Source: Phaeosaccion multiseriatum (lineage: Eukaryota > Protista > Ochrophyta, other classes). Taken from it: 64,000 nucleotides of DNA. Location of the stretch: NCBI GenBank assembly GCA_965112735.1, contig OZ218951.1, positions 5,456,001-5,520,000 of the forward strand. The letters are read 5' to 3'. The notes below the pieces were generated by a model. It saw nothing but the letters and a program-made list of their open reading frames with translations, was not told where the DNA came from and made no database searches. The translations under genes were made by a program, and so were the position numbers. Of the stretch, positions 11,420 through 24,551 are shown in pieces; within the stretch, counting starts at the first letter, position 1; each line of letters opens with the position of its first letter.

Positions 11420-14400
11420 CTCAACGACATCATCTCTCCCTCGGCACCGCTGGGCAGCCCGCCATAAACCCTCCACCTGGAGGCAAAGGAGTGGCCTTGG
11501 ACGAGGAGGGAAAACTCCCCCGAAACGCTGCCATGGATGAGGAGAAGGCTCGCATCCAGCGAGAAGTGGTGCAGCGCCAACAGGCGATGATGTACAAGGC
11601 ACAGGGCTTTGATTTGTCGGCCGTGGAAGGGCTGGATGGGCCTGCCAAGGAGAAGGCCAGGATGAAGATGCGGCTGCAGGTAGGAGGTTTAGTGTTAGGA
11701 GAGCATTGGTAGGGGAGGCACAGAGTGATTCAGTAAATCACGTAAGTCACGTCGACACCCACCATCTGGCCGTGTCCTTTCCCACCCCAGTACAAGTACG
11801 CCACGCCACCCGCTTCCCCTGTCCACGTCAGTAAGTCACTAAGGCCCCCTTCTATGGACCCCCCAGATGGAGGCCACGAGCGGTTATGTGCCGAGCAGCA
11901 GCGCCGCCGATGACTACATGGCCCAAATCACGTGAGTTGAAGTTTTGTGTAGGTAAAGTGTCCTCCAAGTATTGGACAATTAAGTTCACAGCAACAAATA
12001 CGCACGCACACGCGCACGCACGCACACACGCACAGCCACGCACACACACTCATACACACACACATGCGCACACACACACACCACACATACCCATTGACAT
12101 ACATACACCACAGGCAGGAGGCCTCAGCGAGGAAGGTAGCATATATGGAGAAGATGAAGGAGGTGGGCAATCCTTGGGAACATGCCAACCCCAGAAACGG
12201 TTGGATGGCCACAGGGGGGGAGGAGCCGCAGCTGTCTGCCGAGGTGAGCTTGTGAGAGAGGGAGGGGAGGGAGGAAGGAAGGAAGGAAGGCAGTGAGGGA
12301 GAGAGGGAGGGAAGGAGGGACGAGGGGGGAGAGGGGATGGCGGAAGGGTCGGTGGATGGTCTCTCGGCTTCTCTCTGATCCCCCCCCCCCCCCTCTCTCT
12401 CTCTTTTGTGGACCGCAGGAGAGGAATCCCATCAAGCCCCTCCCCGTCATCAAGCCACCCCCTCGCAGCTCTGCTCCCGTGGCCCCTCCTAAGCCCACGT
12501 ATCGAGAGAGGCTTGCCATGGCGAAGGCTGCCAAGTCCGGCGGCCAGCAGCAGAGTAGCCCGGCTGCAGTAGCGCCAGTAGCACCAGCGCCAGTAGCACC
12601 ACCAGCGGCACCAGAAGTGCCAGCGGCGTCGGTAGCAGTGGCCGCTGCTAAGGAAAAAGAGGAACAGCTGAAGCAGCAGTTGCTGTTACTGCAGCAGCAG
12701 CAGCAGCAGGAGGAGGAGAAACAGAAGCAGCAGTTGTTGTTGCTACAGCAGCAGCAGCAGCAGGAGCAGCAGCGGCAGCAGCAATTGTTGATGCAGCAGC
12801 AGCAGCAGGAGGAGCAGCGGCAACAACAGCAGTTGCTGTTACAGCAGCAGCAGCAGGCACAACAGCAGGCACAGCAGCAGCAGGTGCAGCAGCAGCAGGC
12901 ACAGCAGCAGCAGGCACAGCAGCAGCAGTTGGTGGTACCCCCCCCATTACAGGACCCCCTTGCCTCTTCAATGGTCTCTGGGGATATCGAGGAAGTCGCC
13001 ACTCGGGCCACTTCCCTCATGTCTCAGCACATGAAGACACCTCTGCAGGGGCAGGACGTGAGTGTGGGATATGATGACTGAGAGCGAGAGAGCGTGGGGT
13101 ACCACAGTCATGTACAGAGGCTTGGGGTCTGCTCTCTGTTGCCTCACTCTCTGCTCTCTCTCTCTCTCCGTCCTGGTCTCTCTCTCTCTCTCTCAACTCG
13201 GCTCTGCTCTCTCCCTCCGTGTGTGTGTGCGCGTGTGTATCAGGCGGCAGATCTGAAGAGCTCGCTGCAAACGGTGCGAGAACTTCTCCGTGTGGAGGCA
13301 GGTCTCGAACAGCCCCCTCAGCAGCAGACCCCACCCGCCCCTGTAGCAGCGGCTCCCTCCGCCGTCGCCACTCCTGCTGCTGTATCACCAACTGGCCAGG
13401 CCCCGCCCAGTCAGCCTCTGCCCACCCCCGCGGAGTTGAAGGCAGCGTCTGAGGAGCTGATGCCTGGGGGAGATGGAGAGGCACATGGGCAAGCAGCGTC
13501 CTTCCTTCTCATGCGCAAGGCGAACGCACTGCTCATGACACATGTGGTGAGTGGAGAGGGAGGGTGGGGAAATGGGGGGAAGGGAGGGAGGGGGGGAGGG
13601 AGGGTGGGGAAGGGAGGGGAGGGAGGGAGGGAGGGAGGGAGGGACACACGTATGTTGGACTCGTGTGCGGTTGCTGGGATGGCTTACTTATCTACCTACC
13701 CGCACACACACACACACACGCACACACACACACACACACGCACACACACACGCACACACACACGCCAGGGCTCCGAGGCAGAGGGCGGGCTGAAGGGGGA
13801 AAACCTCGAGCTGCTGAGGCGCAGTCTCGCCATGGCGCTCTCCGCCATTGACGCAGCGTTGGAGAAGGAGAAGGGAGGGGCAGGTGGGGGGCAGACTGCT
13901 TCTGTAACTGCCTCGGGAGCAGAGGGATCAAGCAAGGTGATATAAGGAGCGGAAGGATTCTTTCTAGCTGTAGCGAAGGGTGTATAGGGGGGGCGGGCTT
14001 TGTGGCCAGTCAGTCACATGCGCACATACATTGAAGTGTGTGCTTTTGCTTTGACTCGTCTCTCTTGGCTTGGCTTCTCCTCTTTGTAACAAAACTATAT
14101 ATAAAAAACGGGTGAGCAGTGATATATCAGTCTACTCCATACAGACTCGTGTGTGACTTGTCCTCTCCTCTCCTCTCCTCTCCTCTCCTCTCCCTCTCCC
14201 TCCACTCTGCACTACTCTACTCTACTCTCCCAGGGAGGGCTGACGGGAGAGATGGAGGCAGCGGAGCAGGCCCTCATTGAGGAGTATGGAGGCGTCCAGT
14301 CGCTAGGCAAGGTGCTACAGAACACGCCTCTGTACAACCAACAGGCGCAGGGAGAGGGGGCAGGGGACGAGGGCGACGCGCCGCTGCGCTTGTTTGAGTC

Positions 14401-15134
14401 GGGCAGCGAGAGGCATCCGGAGTTCAAGTAAGTCAGGGGGGTTGTGGGGGGGTGGGAGGATGGGTTGGTGGGTGGGTGAGTGGGTGGGTGGGGGGGAGAG
14501 TGACCAAGGGGAGGAAATGCACGAGGAGGGGAAGAGGGACACTCACTCCGCGCAGAGAGAACGGGAACACCTTTCTCCATTTCTCGCGTGTGTCGTCCTC
14601 TCGTCTCTCTCCCTCCCTCCCTCTCTCTGTGTCTCCCTCTGTGTGTGTATCCATGTCTCCATCTTTCTCTTTCCCCTCATCTCTCTCTCTGGTGGTAGCT
14701 GCTGGCCATCCACCCGACGTACGAAACCGCAAATTCATGACCTCACACACCCCTCCCCCCCCTCATCTTCGCATCCTCATACCCATACTCCCCTGGCTGT
14801 CCGCTCCCTCCCTCCCCCTCCCTCCTTCCTTCCTTCCCTCCCTCCCTCCCTCCCTCCCTCCCTCCCTGCTCTGTGTGAATGGAATCGAATCTCAACCTCG
14901 AATGCCGTCCACCAAATCACTCCAAATCCAACCAATCCAACCAATCCAATCAGGTCTTGCCTTCAGACCGCCCTGGGCTACCTCGTCAAGCACCGCGGGG
15001 GAGCGGGCTTTGGGTCGGGAAGGCTGCGCCCCGCTGAAGTGATCAAGATGACGGAGGCCTTGGCCAAGGCACAGGCCATGCTTGGGGAGGAGGTGGCGGC
15101 GGCGGAGGGTGGCCATGTAGGGGGGGGGGGGTAA
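10157..15134 (+). CDS. Probable plastid-targeted Q/A/P-rich protein with ~3 helical repeat modules, ~10 exons
   Basis: Signal peptide LLAVLLLAAASAATPGCQA-FQS followed by a Ser/Arg-rich transit peptide. Phase-consistent exons at approximately 10157-10647, 11042-11153, 11458-11679, 11867-11931, 12114-12243, 12419-13057, 13244-13545, 13769-13936, 14234-14427 and 14967-15134. Confidence 0.7.
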
Positions 15135-15710
15135 GCAGGCTAAGCAAGCTAAGCAAGTTGTGTCTCCGCCTTGAATGGAGTAGTGGGAGGTAGGTAAGTG
15201 TTGTGTCCGCCTTGAGTGGAGTAGTGTGGAGAGAGTTGAGAGTAGAGTGGAGAGGGAGGGGGGCGCGATGGAGAGGAGGAGGAGGAGGAGGGAGAGGAGG
15301 AGGAGGAGGAGGAGGAGGAGGAGAAGGAGGAAGGTGTTTGCAGAATCTTCACACAAGTGTATGTATAGAGTCGCTCTTGATTCTGCCTCGCTCTCTCCTG
15401 CCATGCATGATGTAGTACGCACATTCTTGTACTTCCAAATGGCACGTACGAAGTCAGCAACTTGGGGAAGAAGTGTGACAGTTGTGATTAATTTATTAAT
15501 TTCGGGCCCCAAGCAAATGAATGAAGCAAGTGCCAACACAGCAACCAGCCGCCTCGTCTTTGCTCCTTTAGAGGGCTCTCTCTCTCTCTGTCTGTGAATG
15601 TGAAGTGTGTGTGTGTGTGTGTGTGTGAGAAAAGGAGGGTGTCACAGATGGCGACATGCGCGATTTGTTTTTTTGAAAGGGCCCCTTGTTATCAAATATC
15701 GAAAGAGGTG

Positions 15711-17667
15711 ATGGAGAGCATGGAAGGGGACGATGAAGATATCAGTGGCGGCGAGACGGTAAGGAGACACGCCCTCGCACGAAGAGAGTGCTGAGAGAGG
15801 AGGACGTTGGAACGGGAGGGGTTGGTTGCTCAAACCCCTTCCGCCCTCATCCTCACTCTCAGCAGAAAGCCAAGTTGCGTCTCAGACGCTGGTGCCATCG
15901 GTCTCAGATTTTCCTCTGTCACCCTTCTTGCTGCTGCTGCTGTCTTGCTCGCCCCCGCCTTCTTACTAATCTCCTTTCCGCTTGCCCTCTTCATACCAAC
16001 TTTTGGCAGGAGCTGGAGCCGGATGGGTGCGATGAGGCTGACTACATGCCTGAACCCTTACTGGAGGAGGGCGGGGGCGGGGCGGCGCTCAAGACGCCGG
16101 AAGATGAGCAGCAGAAGCAGCAGGAGGAGCAGTCCGTCTCCTCGCCACAGCCACAAGAACGGACAGTGATAGATCAAGGGGAGGAGCAAGAGGGGGAGGG
16201 GAAGGGGGGGGGGGTGGGGAGGTGTGTGCCGCCCTCGAGTGCGAACAAAGCGCTGGTGTATCCACGGGAAGAAATTCTCCCTGCAGCAGTAGCAAGAGGA
16301 GGAGCAGAAGCAGGAGGACCAGGCGCAGGTGGAGGAGGAAGCGGGAGTATATGCGCGTCAAACAGCACACTGCTGGAGGCAAGCCCTCAAGCAGCAGGCG
16401 TTGCTGCTGCCGTGGGCACCTCGGGTGATGGCGGGAGTGCGAACGAAGCAGCAGAAGTAGCAGCAACAGCTGCAGGGGTAGCAGCAGAGGCCCTGGCAGG
16501 GGCTTTGGCAGAAAGAGGGGCACCAGCAGGAGAACCAGCTGCAGCAAAGCCACCAGCCCCTGAGGGAGGCAACTGCCCGCTTTTATCAGATGGGCTTATG
16601 GTGACGGGAACGAAGCTGGAAACTGACTCCACCGCCTTGGAGGAGGAAGGGGGGGATGAGGACAAGAAGGAGGGAAGGGAGGGAGGGGGGAGGGGAGCGA
16701 AAGGGGGTACAGGAGACGACAGAGCTCCGGGACCCAACGCCGAGGGGCAAGAGGGGGAAGATGCAGTAGCGGGGACAGTCTCCACACCAACCCCAAGCCT
16801 TCGTGGAGGCTCTGAAAATCGGGGACGTCGAGACTGCCCACGGGCCCCAAGTCCCGCTTCGGTCTCGTCGACGTTGCTGCAGACCCCTGGGGGTGGGCTT
16901 CCAACTCAAGGTGGAGGAGGAGGAGGAGGAGGAGGAGGAGGAGGAGGAGGAGGAGGAGGAGCAGGGGGTAGCACGCCAGAGAGGGGCTTATTAGAGCCCT
17001 CTCCCTTCCCAGCGTCTCAGTCGCCTATAGTGGGTGGCAGTGGGGCTTCTCAGTCTCCCGTGGTGCGCAGTGCCGACGAAGCGCACATGCAACATCTTCT
17101 CCAGATGGGCCATTCCTCCGAGGAGGGGGGGCAAAGCCATCAGGTCGGTCAGGTAGAACAAGAGGGGCAACAAGGGGCAGCAGCGGTAGGAGGAGGAGGA
17201 GGAGGAGGAGGAGGACGAGAAGGAGGACAGAGGGGCGGCGGGGGGGCAAGAGAAGGGGACGAGCAGAAGGAGAAGAAGGACGAGAAGGAGGAGGATGCGA
17301 GAAGTCACGGGCATCAAGCAGGAGCGAGAGCGGGCAGTGTCCAGTGTGGCTACGAGGACAGTGCGGTCGGTGGCGGAAGCAGCTCCTCCTCTGTCTTCAC
17401 CAACCTTAACCTAACCAACCCCGAGGGGTCGGTGTGTCCGCCTTTGTGTGGCGAGTCTGCAAAGGAGGCTTCTTTCGTGCCGTCGAGAGGGCCTTCTTCC
17501 TCGACAAGACCGTCTGAGGGCCTTGGTGAGGCGAGTGCAGGAGGAAGAGGAGGAGCAGCAGTAGACGGAGAAAGTGCATCCACATCAGCAGCAGCCGCCG
17601 CAGTTGAAGCAGTAGCCGAAGCGATGCAAGGCGGCTCCCGGTTGGAAGCGTCCGAGCCGCAGAAACT

Positions 17668-17699
<32 letters not shown>

Positions 17700-17887
17700 C
17701 ACAACAGCATGGTAAGCGTGACCACAGTTTGCAGCGTTCGAGAGAAGAGAGCAGCGGCGGCTTCGATTGGGGGGCAGCTGGGGCATCCTCCACCTCCCCC
17801 TCGGGTTGCAACACAAGCCCCAGGGGGCTGCTCCGACGGACGGGCTTTGGTAGCGCGTCCATGATGGGGAGTGGTGCTGTATCACCA

Positions 17888-17920
<33 letters not shown>

Positions 17921-20900
17921 GGTGCTGTATCACCAACTGCCGCAGCTCTTCCTGGTGGTCGTCAGATGGGAGAGGCCAGTGGCACGCTGCTCCCCCTCAT
18001 TGGCGACGACGACATTGAATTTGACCACAGTGGCGACAAAGAAAGTGAGAGCGAGAAGGAGGGCGACGGCAATAGCAATGCTACAAGGGCCGCGGAGGTT
18101 CTGGCCAAGTCTCTGGCAATGGGAAGCCGACGAGACAGGGCCCAAGGCACGAGGCTGCGGAGTGATGAGGGGGAGGGGGACGACGACCAGGGGGGTAGAG
18201 GGAATGCCGAGGAGCAAGAGGCTGGGGTCGAGCGCGAGAGGAGCGATGATAGCGATGTCGTCGTAGCCGAGGTCTGTGTCCGTCGTCGTCGCCAGACCAG
18301 GAATGATGGTGAGCACGCTGCTGGCGGTCCTGATGATGATGATGATGCTGATAATGCTGATGCTGGTGATGGCCGTGAGAATGATGGCATCGAAGAGAGG
18401 GGATCTCCAACAGGAGACGACGACGGCACCACAAGCGCTCCTGATGGTCTTTCGTCGGCTACGGTTGCCGAGGTGCTTGCGAGGAGACCTGCGGCTCGTG
18501 ACACGCACATGTCAGAGGAGTGGCGGCGGCATGAAGAAAGGTGTGCAAGAGGGCTGGAGATCTGCGCGCAGCTGCAGCAGGCGGAGGAGGAGAAGGGGAA
18601 GAAGGAGAACAAGACAGCTGCTGCAGCAGTTGGTGGTACAAGTGGTGCAACAGACGGAGACGCTGGGAAGAAGGAATGGAGTGGGGGACCAAGGGATAAA
18701 GAGGGGAAAGGAGGAAAGAAGGAAGGGGTAGCGGTACCAAGGGAGGACGGCAAAGGAGGGAAAGAGGGGGGAGCGGTGGTAAGGCGAGCGGCGACTGTCC
18801 CTGCTGAGGCCAAGTACAGACCGACGGACCGCCCTGAGCTCGACAAGATGGCAGTCTCTGTCCGTGGCGAGATGGAACAGTTGGTGATACAGGGACACGC
18901 GCAAGCTTACGCACAGGAGGCAAAGGAGGAGGAGGAGGAGGAGGAGGAGGAGGAGGAGGAGGAGGAGGAGGAGGAGGAGGAGGAGGAGGAGGAGGAGGAG
19001 GGGCATGTTGACAAACATGAGGTGCCGAAGGGGCTGCTGCACAACGAGCGATTGGAGGGAGAAGGAGCGGGGGGGGGGCGGGGGCAGCAGCAGCACAAGC
19101 CGCAGCCGCAGTTGGCGATACAGCAGCCAAAGGCGGTAGAGGGGAAGGATGAAGGGGGGCCGGCCTCCGAGGTGAAGAGGGCGAACAAGGCGAAGGCCCA
19201 ACGACCTCAAACCCAAACTCCTCAACATGGGCCCCCACGACCTCAAACGAAAACTCAAGGTGGTCCCAGTGCGGCGGCAGCTCCGAAGAGTGGTGGGATG
19301 GCAGCTAATGGTGGTGGTGATGATAGTGGGGGGTTGAAGGAGGCAGTGGCGGCGGCAGAGCCAGCCAGTGCGGCAGTTGGTGCTACGGCGACAGGGGCGG
19401 TGAAGAAGTTGGCGAGTGTCGATGCAGCTGCTGCGCCGAAGACCCCTGCAGCTCCTAAGCGGCGCCAACGGATTAGGGAGAGCAAGTCAACCCCGGTAGG
19501 CCGCAAACCCGGGTCAACCCCGGCGGAGCGGAAGGCCTCTTCACCCGCCTCCTCCACGCCTTCGCCCTCTCATTCCGCGAACAGGGATGCGCCCGCCATG
19601 GAGGGAGGAGGAGGAGGAGGAGGAGGAGGAGGAGGAGGAGGAGGAGGAGGAGGAGGAGGAGGAGGAGGGAGAGGAGGAGGTGGTGGCGACAGCGGCGACA
19701 ATAAGCAGCCGTTGTTCCACGATGCACAGTGGGAGCAGCAGCAGCAGCAGCAGCACCAGCAGCACCAGCAGCACCAGCACCAGCCGCAGCAGTTGGTGAT
19801 ACAGCAGCAGCGAGGGAGGGGGTTGGTGAGGAGGTCACTGAAGAAGGCGAAACCCTCGCGCGCGCGTGCGGGCAGCAGCAGCTCGACACCTAGAGTAGAG
19901 GCTCGACACGCAGCTGGCGTGGGCGGGGTGGTGGGGGGTGCGGCGGGTGGGATGGGCAAGAGTGAAGCACGAGAGGAGGTAGGGGGGGGAGGGCCTGCGG
20001 TAGTGGTAGTCGGGATGCAGGAGAAGAAGAAGGTTCAGGCTACTCAAGCTGCGCAGGACTGTCAGCATGTCGTCGAGAATGGGGGAGGAGGAGGAGGAGG
20101 AGGAGGAGGAGGAGGAGGAGGAGGAGGAGGAAGAGGAGGAGGAGCAGCAGGAGGAGGAGGAGGAGGAGGAGGAGGAGGAGGAGGAGGAGGAGGAGGAGGA
20201 GGAGGAGGAGGAGGAGGAGGAGGAGGAGGAGGAGGAGGAGGGGAGGGGGAGGGAGGAGGAGAAGGAGGAAAAGGAGGGGGAAAGAGGGGCCAGAAGAGGC
20301 TAAGAGGCCCAGTGGAGAATACGAAGGAGAAGAAAGGCAGGGGAGGACCGGAAGGAGGGAAGGTTAGAGGAGGAAGCACGCCTGGGAGCCATACGAGGAA
20401 GGCTGCTGGTGTATCACCAACTGCTGCTGCTGCTGCTGTAGTTGTAACTGCAGCGGAGACAGAGAATGGGGCTCGCAACCACAAGAAGAAGTCAGCAGAT
20501 GACGACATTGAGCCCACTTTTGTGGAGGCAACGAGCTGGGCAGACCTCTACAGGCTGGGATGGACGTACAAACATGGCGGGAAAGTGACTCTTGCGGACT
20601 TTGTGTACCTTCAACCTGGAGTAAGCAAGAAGGATGCCTGTCTGGGCGTGACTATGTTTGATTCACTGGAGCAGGCGCTGGCAGACTGCAATAAGAGGAG
20701 GCAGAGGGCGAGAGAAGAGAGCACTGAGGAGGAGAAGATGACCTCCGTTGCTATTGGTGAGAAGGAGAATGACGCCGCCGCTGCTATTGCTGCTGCTGTA
20801 TCACCAACTGCTGGATCTGCTGTGGTGCCGCCGGGTGGGAAGGAGAAGGGCGGTGGGAAGAAGGGGGGATGCGAGAATGAAGTGGTGGAGTGGGGCTTGA

Positions 20901-23900
20901 CGCAGCACCGGAGGCCGCGCAACATCAAACAGAAGGTCTGCTTTGGGAAGGAAGAGGAGGAGAAGGAGGAGGAGGAGCGGGGGAAGGGAGAGGCGGCCAA
21001 GAAGCGGGGGCCTCGTTGTGGTGTATCACCAACTGCTGTTGCTGCAGCTGGTTTCGCAGCCCCTGCTGGGAGTAGGAAGAGAATGAGAAAAGGCGCCAAG
21101 GCTAAGGCCGCGCATGGACAACCAACCCCTCAAGTAGAGGAGAAGCGTCACGAGGGAGGAGCTGCGCGAGGGAGAGGGCGACACCATGGACAGCAGCAGC
21201 AGCAGCGGCAGCAGCAGCAGTTGGTGATACAGCAGGCTATGGAAGTGGAGGAGGAGGAGGCACGCGCGGAATGCGAGACGCAGCCACAGAACACCCTGAT
21301 GGAAGCTCACGCCCTCATCGACCTTTTCAGTGGGATGGGGAGTGGTCACCACGGCCAAGGCCCAGGCTCGGCACGCTCCTCCTCCGCCGCTGTTGCTGCT
21401 GCTGGCCTTGACTCATGCAATGCTAAGGCTGCTGGCGAGGAGGAGGAGGAGGAGGAGGAGGAGGAGGAGGAGGAGGAGGAGGAGGAGGAGGAGGAAGGGG
21501 ATGAGGATGGCAGTGAAGTGAGTAAGCAGAAGGGCAAGGGGAAAGAGAAGGGAAAGGGTAAAGCAGAGGCGAGGACCAACTCATCGACAAGCAGCAGGGG
21601 CAGCAGCAGGGGCAGCAGCAAGGGCAGCAGCAGGGGCAGCAGCAGGGGCAGCGGCCAGAGTGGCAGCCACAGCACCACCACGAGCAGTAGTAGGAAGAGA
21701 AAGGCAGGCGGGGGCACTACGTCGGGGCACCACTCACCACCGCAAGTGTTTGCCGGTGTGCGTTTTTTGCTCACGGGGTTTGGGGCCGGAGACGAAGACG
21801 TGGACGTGGCGCCAAAGATCAAGCACCATGGCGGGAAGGTGGGTGTCAGGACACAGGGGTGGGTGTCAGGACACAGGGGTGGGTGTCAGGACACAGGGGT
21901 GGGTGTCATGACAGCGTGGTGGGGGGGGGGGGGGGGTATCAGGACAGGCCCTGCCGTGCTCTGTATCAGCAACGGCTCTGCTCTGCTCTCTTTGCTCTGT
22001 TCTCGGTCCGTTCGCTCACCGGCCTTCCCGAGCCAGCCCCCCCCCCCTCTCCTTGTGCTGTTTGTTGTCGTATGGCTGACCTGTGCCTTGCCTCTGTCCT
22101 TCTCTTTGACGCTGTTGCTATGCTTGCCATTGTTGTCCTCCCTCCCCCTCTCTTCCAAAGGTCGTTGCCTCTCTGACCGAGCTCGAGAAAGAGCTGAAAG
22201 TGCAAGACGAGCAAGCAGCCGCAGCAGCAGCAGCAGCAGCAGCAGTTAGTGGTACAGCAGCAGTCGCCAGGCTGTCTTCTGGCCGACACCCACCCAGCTC
22301 GCCGCTGTCACCTGCCGGTGGCAGCAGTCCTCGCTTCGGTAGCAACAGCCCCCTCTCTGGCGGCGGCGGCGGTAGCAGGAGCTCCAACAGTAGGCCCAAG
22401 GTGATTGTGATAGGCAAGCCGAACGGCTGGCGCAAACTCAAGTATCTCTTCGGTATTGCTGGCAACTACCCGGTCTACAGCAGGGCTTTTGTGGACGGCT
22501 TTGTGTCCAGCGCCACCAGCACAGCCGGAGTTGGAGCCGGAGCCGGAGCCGGAGGGTGGAAGGCGAGAAAGAAGAGGACCTTTCGCCTGCCGGCGGGCTT
22601 GTCTCGTCAGACGCGAACAGCGGTGTTTCCGGCCGACATGGGCACGAACATGAGTGTGGTGCCTTGGCCTTTCCAGGGGGCCAAGATACTCCTCATGCCT
22701 CCCATGAGGGAACAGGTTAGTACGTAGTAGATATGGGGGGAGGGAGGGAGGGAGGGAGGGAGGGAGGGAGGGAGGGAGGGAGGGAGGGAAGGAGGGAGGG
22801 AGGGAGGGAGGGAGGGAGGGAGGGAGGGAGGGAGGGAGGGAGGTGTGTCACTATTTCTCTCTTTTCTGTGTGGTGTCTTGTGCATGCGCATTCGCACTCG
22901 CACTCACTCCCACTCTCCTCCCTCCCTCCCTGTCTCCCTTCCTCTCTTCTCTCTCCTCTCCCTCTCCTTCCTTCCCTCCCTCTCCTCCCTCCCTCCCCCC
23001 CTCTCCTCTCTCCCTCTCTCCCTCCCTCTTCTCCCTCCCTTGACTTAACGTCGTATCACCAACACAACACTCCGCTCTGCTCTGTCCCTACCTCTGCAGT
23101 CCCACCCCTCAGCATCTGCTCGTGGTGGCGGAGTGACTGCCGACTGGGCAGCGGTCCTCGGTAGTAGAGGTGCCAACGCGCACGTGACCATTGGCGACTG
23201 GAGCAAAGCTCACGCCTCAGTGCAGCAGCTGCTTGACAATCGACAGGACAATGAGGAGGCCTTCGTGGTGTATGATGTGCTTGATCCAGAGCTGAGGTCC
23301 CCAAGGGGCAAGGGAAGGCTCAAGCAGTTACAGAAAGAAGCGGTGGGTGTGAATGTGCCTGTGCAGGCGCTGGAGTGGGTAGTGCAGTGCCTGGTGCAAG
23401 GCAGGGTTATTGCGGAGGAGGAGAAGGAGAAGGGGGAAGAGGGGGAGGGAATTGGTGGAGGGGGGGTAGGAGGAGGAGAAGAAGGAGGAGGAGAAGGACG
23501 AGGAGGACGAGGAGGAGGAGGAGGAGGAGGAGGAGGAGGAGGGAGGGGCAAGAAGGGATCGAAGGGCAAGACCTCTTCCTCATCCTCCTCGTGCGCGCAG
23601 CAGCAGAGGCAGCACTTGGTCATACAGCAGCAGCAGCTGACCGTAGAGTTCGACGTGTGGAAGGGAGAGGGCGGGCCCCGTTACGAGATTGGCGAAGCAA
23701 TTAAGTACGGGAGCCCCTTGGAGCTGGGGCGAATCCTCTTCTTCTGGCGCGAGACAAAGACGGGCAAGGAGTGGGCGCGTGTGCAGAAGCTGCGCAAGCT
23801 TGCCACCTCACAGGGGGGGGTCGGGGCGGAGAGCTGCGCCTATGTGCGACAAGACGAAAAGTGGCTGAAGGCACGGAGGGAGGAGGCCAGGGGGAGTGGT

Positions 23901-24233
23901 GGTGGTGGTGGTGGTGGTGGTGGTGGTGGTAGTGCTAGCAGTGGTAGTCACAGCCACGGTCACAGCAATGCAGCAGCAGCTGCTGCTGTATCACCACCTC
24001 GCAAGGAAGGCATGCGGGCGCATGGAGAGTTGGGAAGACGCGTTTTGGCCGAGTACGAGGGGGAGAACACAGAGACGGACATCCCCGCAGGGGCCATCCT
24101 GGGCAGGTTCATGCTGGTTGCAGAGGAGGATATGAGGGAGATGAGGCAGCACGGGGGGGAGGGGATATGGAGGAGTAGCAGCAGCCCTGCAGACGACCAC
24201 GACTTGTACTTTCTCTGCTCTTGTCAGCGATAA
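15711..24233 (+). CDS. ~2,500-aa 53BP1/Crb2/Rad9-like tandem-BRCT protein with C-terminal BAH-like domain (exons 15711-15758, 16010-21838, 22161-22715, 23100-24233)
   Basis: BRCT1: VFAGVRFLLTG..IKHHGGKVV..RKLKYLFGIAGNYPVYSRAFV..LPAG. BRCT2: PFQGAKILL..DWAAVL..VPVQALEWVVQCLVQGRVI. Both resemble the 53BP1 BRCT pair. All junctions are GT-AG and in frame. Long disordered N-terminus with SQ/TQ sites. Confidence 0.8.
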
Positions 24234-24551
24234 TGAGCAAAATGGCGGTGGTGGATGTCGATTGGATGAGTGGGGTGGTGCGTGGTGGTGTAGATACGTA
24301 TATTACATATATGAGTGGGGTGGTGCGTGGGTAGACAAGGAAAAGGATGAGGTCACAAAACTAAATGTCGAACTCCAAAATCTCGGTCGAGGTGTATGAG
24401 CACATCATGAACTGAAATTTCCTCTTTTTTCAGGCGTTCCTTTTCAAATCCCCCCCTTCAAAAAAGACGACAACGCTGCCCCTCGCCTCTCGTTAGCGCT
24501 TCTCCCCCCCCCCCCCCACCGCCCCGTCCTTTAGAGAGCGCGATTCTTGCC

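Noticed and set aside
15788-16009. N-terminus of the 2153-aa ORF and its tail 21839-22249
   Set aside because: Both are intron read-through; splicing gives a coherent BRCT protein.
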